Shown here piece after piece: positions 11,637 through 28,880 of a stretch of DNA of 64,000 nt (positions are counted from its first letter, which is position 1; the number at the start of each line of letters is the position of its first letter). The stretch is from Eledone cirrhosa (Eukaryota). The DNA lies in the NCBI GenBank assembly GCA_964016885.1, contig OZ024741.1:329034001-329098000 (forward strand). Reading direction: 5' to 3'. A program made the position numbers and the translations under genes. The notes under the pieces are model-generated. The model saw only the letters and a list, made by a program, of their open reading frames with translations. It was not told the origin of the DNA and searched no databases.

Positions 11637-12045
11637 GTAGAATTTGTATTTAATTTGTTAGAAGTCCGACAAACATAAATGTTTATAACTGATTTAGAGC
11701 ACTCAACATATACTGGAATAAATATTCAATGATATTAAATAAATGGAAACGATATTTATAAAACCATATTTATTTTATTATATATAGTTCAAGGGCAACC
11801 AAGACAACATTGGTACGCTTTCATCAGATGAAATACAAAGTTTGTTTTATAAATAGAGACGTACCCATGAAAATCATACCTTATCGGTTGGAAATTCACT
11901 GGAATTCCAGTGAATTTCCAACCGATAAGGTATGATTTTCATGGGTACGTCTCTATTTATAAAACAAACTTTGTATTTCATCTGATGAAAGCGTACCAAT
12001 GTTGTCTTGGTTACCCTTGTATAGTTTCCATTTATTTAATATCAT

Positions 12046-12047
<2 letters not shown>
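11637..12047. mobile_element. PLE-like family D palindromic insert, zero-spacer centre ggaattcc at 11901-11908
   Basis: 11794-11904 is inverted relative to 11905-12019. Decayed hammerhead CTGATGA...GAAC tatata TA on the minus arm. Homologous to 30557-30963. Confidence 0.8.
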
Positions 12048-12089
<42 letters not shown>

Positions 12090-12129
12090 GGTATAAATCG
12101 AAGTTACATACACGTACCACACGCAAACA

Positions 12130-12174
<45 letters not shown>

Positions 12175-12619
12175 GCACGCACGCACGCACGCACATACAC
12201 ACACACGCACACACAGACACACACACATAAACAAACGAAGGGGAATAGAAATAGACAGGATGACATATACATATCATATAATGGCCGCGAAGCATAATGA
12301 TACTAAATCAAATATTGCCAGTTGCTATGCAAGTTGTTAGGTTATACATTAGTAATAGTTTCCATACAGTGTTGTGAAACCATTAGTGAAAAAATTAAAT
12401 TGATTTTCAATATGGATTTCAATTCATATGTCTAATGTTCGAATATATATCGGAATTTTAGTTTTCTTACAATGTCGTATGTATCTATTCGACAAAGCAT
12501 AGTACTCAACTTTAAACACACGCGGTTTACCTAAGAAATGTATTCATGCATACATATTCTGTTTCTCTCCCCCCGACCCCTTCTCTTTCTCTACTTCTCT
12601 CTCCCTCTCTTGCTCTGTG

Positions 12620-12693
<74 letters not shown>

Positions 12694-13271
12694 TGAAGAC
12701 TGAAGACATATACGTATAAATTTACACACATATACACATAATATATATATATATGAACACATTCATCTTTTGATGCAATCATATGCATAAAAAGCCTATA
12801 TTTTATATACATGTGCAAGCATACACACACTAATAGATATATACTAAGATACATCTACATCTCTCACCTCTTCTCCATCTTCCCCACTCTCTCTCTCACC
12901 TCTCACCTCTCACCTCTTCTCCATCTCTCCACCGTCACCATCACACACGCTCTCTATCTACATCTCTCACCTCCACTCCATCTCCCCCCTCTCTCACCTC
13001 CTCTCCACCCCCCTCTCTCTCTCACATCCCCTCCATCTCTCCGCCGTCACCATCACACTAGCTCTCTATCTACATCTCTCACCTCCTCTCCATCTCTCCC
13101 CAGTCTCTCTCTCTCTCTCTCACCCTCTCCATCTCCCCCCACCTCGCCATCTCTCATCCTCTCTATATATAACTTTCACACTCTCCATCTCCCTCTCTCT
13201 CCATCACCCCTCCCCATCACTCTCCCATCTCTATCTCTCCACCCTCACATTCTCTCTCTCTCGCTCACTCA

Positions 13272-13760
13272 CTCTCCAACTCTCACCCTCTTCATCTCCC
13301 ACCCTCTCTGTCTCTCACCATTTCTCTCTCCATCCCCCTCTCCAACTCTCACCCTCTTCATCTCCCACCCTCTCTGTCTCTCACCATTTCTCTCTCCATC
13401 CCCCCTCTCCAACTATCACCCTCTTCATCTCCCACCCTCTCTGTCTCTCACCATTTCTCTCTCCATCCCCTCTCTCCAACTATCACCCTCTTCATCTCCC
13501 ACCCTCTCTGTCTCTCACCATTTCTCTCTCCATCCCCCCTCTCCAACTATCACCCTCTTCATCTCCACCCCCCCTCTCCAACTATCACTCTCTTCACCTC
13601 CCACCCTCTCTGTCTCTCACCATTTCTCTCTCCATCCCCCCTCTCCAACTATCACCCTCTTCATCTCCCACCCTCTATGTCTCTCACCATTTCCCTCTCC
13701 ATCCCCCCTCTCCAACTATCACCCTCTTCATCTCCCACCCTCTATGTCTCTCATCATATC
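13272..13760. repeat. ~67 bp CT-rich minisatellite, ~7 copies
   Basis: Unit ctctccaactatcaccctcttcatctcccaccctctctgtctctcaccatttctctctccatcccc. Confidence 0.85.
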
Positions 13761-14129
13761 TCTCTCTATATATATATTTCCCCCTCTCTATTTGTCTCAT
13801 TCTACAGTTGGACCGACCAAAGTACACTAAATGTCGGCTTTCAATTTCATTCAGTCATTATCAACTCAAATTACTCCGCACGTTTTCCTTTCTTTTCTTG
13901 TGTTGCCCTAAGGAGAAATAAAAGAGCAAAGACAAAAGGCAAGAAAGAAAAAGACAACGTGGCAGAATAAGACTTAAAAGGAAAGATAGACAGAAAGACA
14001 TAGAGCGAAAAAAGGAAGAAAAGAAAGGGAAATCTTTGAACTAATTTTGGATTACTGTCTCCAGTTTCATATTTATTGACTCGGCTGTGTTGAATCTTGC
14101 TATTTATTACAAGAAAGCACACACACACT

Positions 14130-14188
<59 letters not shown>

Positions 14189-14457
14189 ACATATATATCA
14201 GTGTATGCATATATATTTAAACATATATACGCATACATACATATAAATATATATATGTGTGTGTGTGTATGCGTGAATGTGTGTATGTATAAATATATAT
14301 TATATATATATATATATATTTGAGTATGCGTTGGTTGGTGCCGATACTTTAGTATACAGGTTAGAGCATTCAACTAAGTGCATAGTTGGGTCTGTTTACT
14401 ACGTAGTAATTTAAGTGTAAGTCAACAGGTTAAAATCAACTTCGTTTATTCATATTC

Positions 14458-14516
14458 GCTGTTATATATATTTCGGTGATAACCATTATGCAACAGCTAT
14501 GACTTCATCAGACAGC
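14458..14516 (-). ncRNA. type I hammerhead ribozyme in a diverged relative of family C (element ~14318-14520)
   Basis: gctgt CTGATGA agtcatagc...ggttatcacc GAAA tatata TA acagc. Confidence 0.75.
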
Positions 14517-14663
14517 TAGAATTTGAACAGAAAAAAAAACCAGAAACACATAACGATGGAAGAAGTTTACTTCCGCTATTTCGATTTTTCGATTTTTCGA
14601 TTTTTTTATATGCTCAGTGCTGAGAAAACATCACCGAAATAACAGGAGTAATATATTCCATCG

Positions 14664-15302
<639 letters not shown>

Positions 15303-15325
15303 TATATATATATATATATATATAT

Positions 15326-16232
15326 CACGATTTCACCGAACTTATATTCATGGAAATTTGGGACTTGACTCTTTCTTCCTCACTTTTCGTTGCTTCACCA
15401 TCTTTGTTTGTTTACACTCTCGTGTCCCCTTTATTTACGTGTCCCGACGACTTTTTTTAGCCGTTGCTCGCACCAACCGGAGGTATATGGTCTTTAAAGC
15501 GATGAAATACCCATGATGGTTGGAAGATCACTGATGAAGGACCACTTTATTCATATGTAACCCATTTGCAACCACGCAGCACGTTTATTCTCATATTTAC
15601 ACATATTTTTTCCCCCGCTGTGACCCGTCTATTTCGTTCTTACTGCTTCCTCTTTCTCTGTATCTTTACCCTCTCTAACAGTCACTCTCTCTGTTAGCCT
15701 CTTCCTCACCCTTCACTCACTCACTCTATGTTACTACCTCTCCTCCTCCTCCTTCTTCTCGTTTGACCTGTGCGTAATTCTTTTCTTTCGCACGCTTGGC
15801 CAGGCCGGTTCGCCTTTTTTCTCTCTCTCGTCTACGATTTCACAGAACTTATGTTTACCGAATTCACGGACTAGACCCCTTCTTCCTCCGTTAGACCTGT
15901 GCGGAATTCCTTCCTTGCTCACATTTCAACCAGGTTTGATGGTATTTATTCTCTCTCGTTCACGATTTCACCGAACTTATATTCATGGAAATTTGGGACT
16001 TGACTCGTTCTTCCTCACTTTTCGTTGCTTCACCATCTTTGTTTGTTTACACTCTCGCTGTTCCCTTTATTTACGTGTCCCAACGACTTTCTTTAGCCGT
16101 TGCTCGCACCAACCGGAGGTATATGGTCTTTAAAGCGAAGAAATACCGATGATGGTTGGAAGATAACTGATGAAGGACCACTTTATTCATATGTATCCCA
16201 TTTGCAACTCCGCAGCACGTTTATTCTCATAT
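15326..16232. mobile_element. insert with ~270 bp direct terminal repeats in (TA)n, probably PLE pseudo-LTR type
   Basis: 15326-15596 matches 15961-16232; non-coding spacer. Confidence 0.6.
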
Positions 16233-16731
<499 letters not shown>

Positions 16732-17914
16732 CCCAACATACCTTTGTTTCTGCAGACATTAATTTGGATGATTTAGTAAATATACTTTAACTTACCCTCC
16801 GTCTCTGGGTCCCGGCCGACAGGGTAGAGAATGCATTGCCCCGTAGGGTGGCGAGGGAGACGCGCTGAAACAGCCACTCCATCTGGTGGGACTTGCGAGT
16901 AACCAACTCTCTATAGCTATAAGTAGGGAGTGGTCCGGGGGCCGGAAGTCTTACTGCTACAGGTCTACCACAAATCTATCCGAATGTGGTCGATACTTGG
17001 ACAGTTTGCCCTCATTGGCTTGGAGGGCAGCAGAGCTTGGGCTGGTAGCCGAACGCACCAGATTGCCACTTGAGTAGTATCACAACAGCATGTGACATCC
17101 CAAATGTGGGCCCTACCCCCATCAAATGGGAAGATTGTCATGCAGTCTGACCCATTGCCGTCCACTTCATCGAGTCCTACTGGTTCGAGCTGCTAAGGGA
17201 AGCTGTACCATCCTTAGCCATGCTTTTAGATCTCGTTGAGAGAAGCATGTCGTGGAACTGTGATGGCATGACCAAAAAGGTGCACAATGGTACCGCAGCG
17301 TCAGTTGTGAGATTCACAGACGCCAATGTGTAAGCAGTCATTGTGCAGCTGAGTGCCGGTCGCCAGTGAGCAAACTGCGTTAAGCTAGATACTACCGTGG
17401 GTTGCAAGGCCGAACGGAAACTTGCCAGACGGTGCTGCTCGAACCGGTTAACCAGCCCGTCTGAAATCATGTTGCAAAGGATGACGTCCCTCTCCCCGTC
17501 TCTCTTTCCTCTAACTACTTCACTCTTTCTCCGTCCATCACTCCTCCCTATTTCTTCGTATATATATTCTTTTTCTGCTGAGGGGGGGGGGGGGGGGTCT
17601 GGTGGTGGTTAGAGTGGGGGGGGGGCTGTGATAGTGGTGGTGATGGTGTGAGCGCTAGTGATGGTATGATGGCAAAAGTGGTGTTGGATGTGGTGTTTAA
17701 GGTGGAGGTAGAAGTGTTCGTGTTGGGCCTATTGCTGGTGGTACAGATGTTGATGATGGTGGTGTAATGGTGATCGTGGTGTGGTAGTGGATTGCTGTGT
17801 TGTTGTTGATGTTGTTGGTAGTGGTAGTAGTGACGGTGCTGTTCCTGGTAGTCTTAGTGGTATTTGCGGAGGTCTGTGGTGTTGATCGTGACTGTGGTTT
17901 GAGCGGGTTGATTA

Positions 17915-18355
<441 letters not shown>

Positions 18356-19337
18356 ATGCTGGTGTTGTTGTCGGAGGTGGTGTTGCTTGTGGGTGTGAGG
18401 GTGATGGGAGAAGTGGGATGAATGGCGGTGTTGCGGCTGCTACTGTTGGTTTTTGGCATTGTTTGTTGTAGTGGAGGTAGTGGGGTGGTGAGACAGAAGA
18501 GGAAGAGTGAATAGCGCTGCTGCTGCTGCTGCTACTGTTGCTGCTACTGTTGTTCGGTCTTGCTGTGTTAGTGTTCCCAGAATTCTTCAATATATCATGA
18601 GGCAACTCTTCAGATCTTCAAATCTAATTCATGCAACAAAGAGGTATTGAGAAATACGTGGTGGTGGTGGTGGTGGTGGTTTAGGTTAGTGGCGGTGGTG
18701 GTGTTGAGGGTTAGTGGTGGTGGTGGTGGTTGTGTTGAGGGTTAGTGGTGGTGGCGATGGTAGTGGTGGTTTTAGTGGTTGTGGTGATTGTGGTGTTGGT
18801 GGTGGTAGTGGTGGTTTTAGTGGCTGTGATTTGTGGTGGTGGTAGTGGTGGTGGTGGTAGTGGTGATGGTGGTGGTGGTGGTGGTTTTAGTGGTGGTGAT
18901 GGTTGTGGTGGTGTTGGTGGTTGTGGTGGTTGTGGTGGTGGTGGTTGTGGTGGTGAGGGTGGTATTGGTAGTAGTTGTGGTGGTGGTGTTGGTGTTAGTG
19001 TTGGTGGGTTTGGTGGCGATGAAGGTGATTGGGGCTGGTGATAATGGGTTGGGGTGGTGGTGGTGGTGGTGGTTGAAGATGACAGTCGGTGGGTAAACAA
19101 GGCGGCAGAGTGATGATTGGTGAGAATGGCGGCACAAGCTAATATTGTCTCTTTGTCCAATTAAGACTTTTTGGTTATCAAGACCTTAATTATAATCTCT
19201 TCTGAAGCCTACCCCCGCTTTTTCCTTCTTTATCTCATTTTAATTCCACTTTTAACCTCTGTTCTAGCACCCCTCCCACATACACACACATACACACACG
19301 CATATATATATATGTATATATATATATATACACATAC

Positions 19338-19400
<63 letters not shown>

Positions 19401-19436
19401 TGCCTGTACACATACATACATACATATATTTATATA

Positions 19437-19490
<54 letters not shown>

Positions 19491-19511
19491 TACGTATATA
19501 TAAATACATAT

Positions 19512-19570
<59 letters not shown>

Positions 19571-19584
19571 CATATATATATATT

Positions 19585-19739
<155 letters not shown>

Positions 19740-20501
19740 TGCATGTATATTTACATACATACATATCTCAACTGACACAAGTGTGTGCAATGCTCTATAT
19801 GCATTTACAATTTAGATAGCAACAAAAATGGCCGGAGCAGTTGTCGATTCATCTCATTTATCTTCTTCAGTCTAACTGATTGTCGTTGTTGTTGTTCCTA
19901 TTGTAACTGCTGTTGTTGTTGGAAGACGTTTGTAATTACACTTGGTTGGAAGATGGTCACTGCCTTAATTTAATCTTGTTCTTAAAGAAAATTTTCTTCT
20001 TTTGTACTCGAGGTCCTAGCAGATAAACCACACATACAAACAGACACACCTATTCACATACACATATGCACGTACTCACACACGTGCACACACACTCATG
20101 CACATATATAGGTTATAAGCACACGTATATTCACATACAAGACAATTATGACGAACATAAACATAAACACACACCTACACAACACACAGAAGCAGCAAAC
20201 ATACGATCACATATACGTACTCACACGTACACACACATATACAGCATATAACCAAACACACGCACTAACACACTGTAGATGACATTAGTATATTTGCACA
20301 TACACTCACATTCTCACAAGACATAAGCACACACAAATACTCATACACGACACTTAAGAACACAGCACAGACACGCACCTACACAAGACATATGAGAACA
20401 CATAAGCACATAAACACATGCCCACACACTCCCACACTCACACAAGTTACACAAAAGCAAGTACGCACGCATTCCCACAGAAAAGTTATAAGCACACATG
20501 A

Positions 20502-20581
<80 letters not shown>

Positions 20582-20719
20582 ACACACACACATCTAGGTT
20601 AGCTTTGCCTTTCATCCTTACCGAATGGATAAAATATAAGTACCAGTAATGCATTAGGGTCAATATAATCAAATTTCCCATCGACCAAAAATTTCTAGCT
20701 CTGTGTCTAAATCAAAAGC

Positions 20720-20985
20720 CACCAAAGTGCATGTGGCTGAGCATTCTACATATACGTGTTTCCCATAACGTTATTCTCAGGGAGATCCAGTAAGATGTGA
20801 TACATTATGCGACAGAGATAGCCCTTTGAATGTCAGATACAATTTAGATTTGCTAACCGAGTGGACTGCATGAACGTGACCTAAAATGTCTTACTCAAAG
20901 ATACAACACACCTCCAGGAATCGAACTCATGACCTTATGACCGAGAGTTGAAATGTCTAACCACTAAGCCATGTACCTTCACATG
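20720..20985 (-). mobile_element. older tRNA-derived SINE (second family)
   Basis: Minus strand tggcttagtggttag...gagttcgattcctgg A/B boxes. Related decayed copies near 21910, 28000, 39560-39930, 41150 and 44635. Confidence 0.6.
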
Positions 20986-21404
20986 CAATCTATATAGGTG
21001 ATGCTAAACAATAAAAGCTTGAGGCCTCTTAGTTTAATTAGACTTAAATACATTCTGTTATTTATGTGAGTCGCCGCGTGGTGGTGTCCTTTGTTTCTTT
21101 ATTGTTGTTGTTGTTGGTGGTAGTGTGGTTGTATGTTGTTGTTAGTGGTGGTGGTGGTGGTGGTGTTTTTGTTGTTGTTGTTATTGGTGGTGGGGGCGGT
21201 TTTGTTGTTGGTGGGGGAATTTGTAGTGGAAGTGGTTTTGTTGTTGAAAGTGGTGGTGGTTTTTTTTTATTGTTATTGTTAGTTGTGGTGGTAGTGGTGG
21301 TGATAGTGAAGGTGATTGTGGTGGAGGTCATACTAGGGGTGTTGGTGATGATGGCGGGGGTGATTGTGGACGTGGTTGTGGTGATGGCTGAGGTGCTGGT
21401 AGTC

Positions 21405-21524
<120 letters not shown>

Positions 21525-23064
21525 CCTGCTGTTGTTGTTTTGTTTTTGTAGGCTGGAATTAAACCAATATATAGATTTCGGTTGAAATCGAAGTAGAACG
21601 GTCAATAAGAAATGTTTAACTAGAAGCACTTGTATAATCTTTTCAAGTCCTGCTACAGGTTTCCCTTTGTTTTTATGAGAATGGATGAGTTTAATTTCTT
21701 ACACTCCTCTCTACACTAAACTAATAGAAATAAGAAAGAAAGTCTTTCAGGAGTATTGTTATGCTTCCTAATGAATAAGACACAGGCAAGTCAATATTAG
21801 AGCGTCCAGTGAAGGGAGGGCTTTAAAATTAGTAGAAATAGCAGCCAAGTCAGCCTCAGATTAGAATGTGAGAGAAAGATATTGGATAGTTTTGACTGCC
21901 GTGAAGGTGCATGGGCTAATGCGTTGGTTGGACTCACAATCGTAAGATCGTGAGTGTGATTCCTGGAGTAAATGTGATCTTGAGTAAGATATTTTATTTC
22001 ATGTAACTCCAGTCAACAAGATACTTTATGACATGTTATTCCAGTTCAAAAGATATTTTAAGTCCTTGAGCAAGATGCTTTATTTGAGGTTAATCCTCCA
22101 GTTTCACTCAGATGGTAAAACTAAGTTGCAATTGAAACACACGAGACAAGCTGTAGCGATTCGTTCCCTTTCGTTGTTTAGATAATATCAGTTTCACGGA
22201 GAAAGGAGACTTAGATGCACGGATGGCTGCTGGTTTTCTACAAAACACCCTGTTCTTGTTCCAGCTTGAAATTTGGAAAGCTTATTCTTGGCTAATCCGT
22301 CATGCATGGCTGCAAAACCAATGGACAAACATAACTGAGGGAGTCTTCTATATTTTTTCTGACAATCACCGTTTAACACATTGAACAAAAGCATCTACAA
22401 GATGCCAGATCTCATTCGTTTACTGAATGGCGCGGAACTCATCAAATCGGATCTTTCCATTGCTGATACTAACTACCGGTCGCAACACATAGAGAGTGGA
22501 TATACGATCATCTTTGAAATGTTACTAATTAAAAAAGGTTTAGGGCATAATTCCACCCTACACAGGGCAGTTACGACACATTTATTATAAGATACAAAGT
22601 TGGACATGACGGAATTTGAATGCAGCGAACCGAGGGCAGAACAAAACGCAATGCGGTCTAACGGACTCTATAACGACTCTGCCAAACAGACCGGCAAGTT
22701 TACATATATACCCACATATATACACATACATACCCACATACACACATTCACAAACATACATTCACATACATACATACATACAACTTAATTGTTTCTGAGT
22801 TTGAGTGTGAAAACAATCAACGAAACATTATAATATCCTGAAATATATGCCCATATTTATGGGCATTCACATATACAGAGAGGCAATTTTACACACACAC
22901 GCCCGCGCACGGACACGCACACACGCACAAACACATACACCCACATACCCAAACAAACAAACACATACGTACACACCAAATTTCCTCACACGCGGGGACT
23001 TGTTTAATTTTATAAGCCTAATTATACACATATATGTATTAATACACACACTTGCGAGTGTGTG

Positions 23065-23095
<31 letters not shown>

Positions 23096-23097
23096 AT

Positions 23098-23147
<50 letters not shown>

Positions 23148-23470
23148 CATTTGCAAGGTTTTTTATATGAAATCGTGTATCGAAACAAATATTGTTATAA
23201 TTGGGGATGGTCATATTGTTATAATATTGCCAGAAATAATGAAAGAACACACATCTAAGGGAAATATAAAAAAATAAAATAAATAAATAAACATATTCAC
23301 AAGTACAATAACAACAAACATATAAACACACACTAGTGAACAAATATAGAATGCAAAAACAAAAAAACATACACTCAAACACGAAACATGAAATACACAC
23401 GCATGAAATATACACACCAACCATGAAATACTCACGCAAACGCATGCGCGAACAGAGACAGAGACCAGAA

Positions 23471-23509
<39 letters not shown>

Positions 23510-23689
23510 ACAAATAAATAAAATAAAAATGGCGTAGGCATTACAATACAACGGTAGAAAACATAATAGTACCACTCACTGATAATGTCACAGATGTGTG
23601 ACGAAAGAACTTAGATACACTATATAGATATAGATATTTATATCTGTATGTTTAGCCGTTGGATAAACATTGATTGCCAGATAAATTAA

Positions 23690-24207
<518 letters not shown>

Positions 24208-24275
24208 TATATATATATATATGTGTGTGTGTGTAAAAGTACATATAACACATAAATACAAACACACACACATTT

Positions 24276-24306
<31 letters not shown>

Positions 24307-24792
24307 TCGGTATATGGAAGGTTCGGTATATGGAAGGAATATATTAGTTTAACTCTTAAAATAGCAGGAAGAGGGCCGTAACGTTTCTGACGCCAGTCTT
24401 TCAGCAGAGAAATTAGAAAGATTGAAAGGACGGGCAGGGCGGAATCGGAGAAAATATTTTTAGAGAAAAATAACAGGTCCATTCATGTTTCCATCTCTTG
24501 GAAAACTGCTGATGTTGGCGTTTTGTTTATGATATACTTTTTTAGAAAAGTGGATGATGTGCGATCTTCATTACATTTATAGAGGTGTGACGCGTGTTGT
24601 GCGATTGATCAGTTCAAGACTCGATCTGTATCGACCTGGTCCAATTCGGGAATCAAAAGCTCGTCTGACTTATGTAAGTCAGAAGATTATTAAATATATT
24701 GATTCAAATATAACACTGATACATAGATAGATGCATGGATGGATGTATATACAGAAATATATGTATATGTATTGCACGTATATTTATATATA

Positions 24793-24890
<98 letters not shown>

Positions 24891-25193
24891 CAATATATAA
24901 GGGAACAAAGAATTAGTGTTGCATCATATATATATTTGATAACATATTACGTATGTTGCCCTATCGATCAGATCGAGGAACAATCAAAGCTGACTCTGGA
25001 ATCTTAAGTTACTCAGATATGTGTAAAATATAGAATCGCGTTTGAGAGGGGTTGAATATTATCCTGATTCATTCTTATATGCTACCACAAATTCATAGGG
25101 TTAGTGAACACCGTATTCTACTTGTTGTGGCGTCCTATTATTTAGCGCTTATTATCGCCATCTGTGGTCAAAATGTCCTACTTATCCATGCGT

Positions 25194-25227
<34 letters not shown>

Positions 25228-25228
<1 letters not shown>

Positions 25229-25573
25229 AAAGAACAGAGGTTTAACACACGAGTTATGATATATTAGTAAAAGGAAAAGAAAATGCTGACAAATTTTTCC
25301 CAGTGAAAAGTAGTTTAATTAGTAATAAGTATTGGTTAGTATTCAGTTTTAGTTTTAAGTTTTTACCGGTTGCGCATTTCTAATGCTTTTTAAAAATAAT
25401 TGCTCTAATAGAACAAACATCACGGGCGCTCTATCTCAAAATTATTTTTGAAAAGTATTAGAAATGCGCAACCGGCAAAAACTTAAAACTAAAACTGAAT
25501 ACTAACCAATACTTATTACTAATTAAATTATTTTTCACTGGGAAAAATTTGTCAGCATTTTCTTTTCCTTTTA

Positions 25574-25578
<5 letters not shown>
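25228..25578. mobile_element. palindromic insert in (TA)n (family I)
   Basis: 25260-25401 is inverted relative to 25440-25578. GAAAtgcgca points outward on both arms. Confidence 0.7.
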
Positions 25579-25614
<36 letters not shown>

Positions 25615-25792
25615 TCTAGATAGCTGAGAAACAAAGCGAGGATGTAGTTTATGGAACGCCCAAATGATTTAGAAGTTGACCTTAATTAGGAGCAATAATA
25701 TTAAGAAAGACATGAACGACATCACATCATTTTGTTTCGAAAATTTTGTAAGTAGCTTTATAAGTATGAATTTTCATAAAATGTTCGTAGAT

Positions 25793-25866
25793 GTCTCAGT
25801 GGAATAGCGGTAGGTACTAGTGACGGTGGCAATCCTTACCTTGGGTTCAATCCTGGTCAAAAGGTA
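25793..25866 (+). pseudogene. decayed tRNA-like sequence (His-like)
   Basis: tagcggtaggtact...gtggc...accttgggttcaatcctggtca resembles tRNA-His(GTG) with A and B boxes. The cloverleaf is not intact. Confidence 0.4.
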
Positions 25867-27234
25867 CATTTAATCTTTTTCAGTTTATTTTACATCCCAT
25901 AGAACAAAATTAAAAACTTTACCAGGAAACCTACTCCAAAATTATAATGAAAATTGATAATTATAAACCTACTTTCAAAAGAAAAGTTGAAAAGATTGTG
26001 GTGTCGTTCATGGCTTTCCTAGAACCATTAGTCATATTTAGGATCGGCTTGTCAATCTTCTCGATCTCTGGTAACAACCTTATTATTCTTATGTGTTGAA
26101 TTAATTTAATTTGATTATTTTAGCAAACAAATAATATATATATATATAATGCCAATCATGGTAAGTTCGAAAACATATATATATTAATAAAGTAAGCTCA
26201 ATTCATAGTAGATTCAAATATGTCAAATATGACAGTGAGAGGGGGAGAAGAAATGAGGTGCAACAGAAATGAAACATGGATTACAGATTAAAATATAGTC
26301 TAGATAGATGAGAAACAAAACATACATATTGTATATATTATGATACTTTAAATTAGTATGTATATATATATCGACAGTCGATCGACTTTCGTCAAATCGG
26401 ACCGAGGAAACAAAGTTTCCATTGGTCTTTACAATTGCTAATACTATCTATTCAGGTAGATAGAGCAATGTGAAATAAAGTTTCTAACCACTCAGCCGTG
26501 TATGTATGTATGCATGTATATATACATATATATATATAAATACATATGGGTGTGTGTGTGAGGGGGGGGGGTATGTATATATAATATATATGATATATAT
26601 ATAATGTATATATAGAGAGAGATATAAATATACACACGTACATATATGTATATATATATCCAGCTCCACGAAAACACAAAGCCATAGGAACATATATCTA
26701 TATAATAACATATGTTTGTGCATTTAATGAAATTTCGTAAAAAGATAGAAAGGGGTGAAACTAATAAAAATAACATGAAGAAGAATCACACATATATATA
26801 TATCTATATTCTCTATCTATAGCAGGTTTGTATAGTTAATGAAATAATCCGTTATGGATAATACCTCCGAGATATATACATACACTACACGTATATGTTC
26901 TAATGAAATTGCTACGCCATAAAACGTAAGTATTATGTCGGATATGATGGAGGTTGTTGTATATACATAGATTTATGCTTGCATTATTTGTATGATGATA
27001 ATATAATTAGAGAAAAACGAAATACGAATCTGCATCATTTATATATATATATGTATGTGTGTGTGTGTCTGTCTGTTTGTGTGTGTGCGTGTGTGTGTGA
27101 GTGTGTGTATATGTGTGTAAATCTGTGTAATAAAGACCCCTACACAGTTGCATATTCACAAAGTATATATTATAATAACCATTCACCCTTTTCACTATAT
27201 ACATTCATACATATATATATACATACATACATAT

Positions 27235-27384
<150 letters not shown>

Positions 27385-27419
27385 ATATATGTCTGAATAT
27401 GTGAATATGTATATGTATA

Positions 27420-27463
<44 letters not shown>

Positions 27464-27704
27464 TATATATAATTATAAATATATATATAGAGAGAGAGAT
27501 ATAGATATAGATATATGTACGTATGTATATGCTGAGCTATAACGCTATTACGTTTGACATATATGTATGTAATTGTGTAGAATGTGTATTAAATATACCC
27601 TTTCATTGTATCTATAGAATGTTTGGCGAGTTTTTATCAATGTTTCCATCAGCACTGTAAGATTAACTGGCATTATTGATATATATCATTAGTGTTGTAT
27701 AAAT

Positions 27705-27801
<97 letters not shown>

Positions 27802-27881
27802 CACAGGCACTTATATATATATATATATGTATATATATATGCTTACTCACTATATATGAGAAAGTGAGTGAAAGAGAAAAA

Positions 27882-27925
<44 letters not shown>

Positions 27926-28491
27926 TACTCACTATATATGAGAAAGTGAGTGAAAGAGAAAAATGAATATATATATATATATATATATGTACATAACTAA
28001 TCACCTAAGGGTGTGGGATCAATTCTCATCGTTTCTTACTATCCTTGAGCAAATCACTTCAATTCACGTTCCTCCATTCTACTTAGCTAGCATAAGATTG
28101 TCTCTGCCATTCAACAATCAGTATTGTCACACATAGCATCATATAATGTGTAACACCCTATATCATACACTATGTCATACATTGTCTTACACACCCTGTC
28201 CTACACTCTGGCACACACTCTGACCGACACTATGTCACACAGAATCTTCTTGAGAGCTACGTGTACTATGCTCGTTGTTCAACTCCCGGAACAGCTGACC
28301 TGCGAAATTAACGTGTAAGTTGCTTAGCATTCGACAGACACGTGTAATCTCAATGTAAAATTCAATGGAGATTCTACATGCCATAGAGGGTGACAGATCT
28401 AGCCCTTTGTATTACAGGTATAGTACACCTGACCCAGTTTCCGTCTTCCCAATTTCAATTGTCTGGCTCGGGTTTGTAACTGAAATAGGGG

Positions 28492-28880
28492 TAAGATCCC
28501 CCACAGTGGAATTGAACCCAATAGCCATAGTAGCTGAATCATGACTAAGATTCCAAATAGTGGGATTGAACCAAGTAACCATGGTAACTGAATCATGAAT
28601 CAGATCCCTTACAATGGGATTGAAATTAGTAGCCATAGATGACTAAGATCCCACACAGTGAAATTGAACCCAGTAGACATGGTAAATGAAACATGGCCTA
28701 AAATCCCACAGAATGCGATTGAACCCAGTAGCCATGGTATATGAAACATACCTAAGACCCCAACACTGTGAGGTTGAACAGAGTAACCATGGTAAATGAA
28801 ACATAGTTAAGATCTTACACAATAGATTTGAACCCAGTACCAATAGTAAAGGAAACATGGCCTAAGACCCCACACAAGGG
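28492..28880. repeat. degenerate ~54 bp tandem repeat, ~7 copies
   Basis: Unit taagatcccacagtgggattgaacccagtagccatggtaaatgaaacatgac. Confidence 0.8.

Noticed and set aside
12811-13830. 339 aa Ser/Pro/Leu-rich ORF
   Set aside because: Stop-free CT-rich minisatellite; no domain.
24376-24410. ctg CTGAAAGA ctggcgtca GAAA cgt TA cgg (minus)
   Set aside because: The core has an extra base and stem II is marginal; too degenerate to call.
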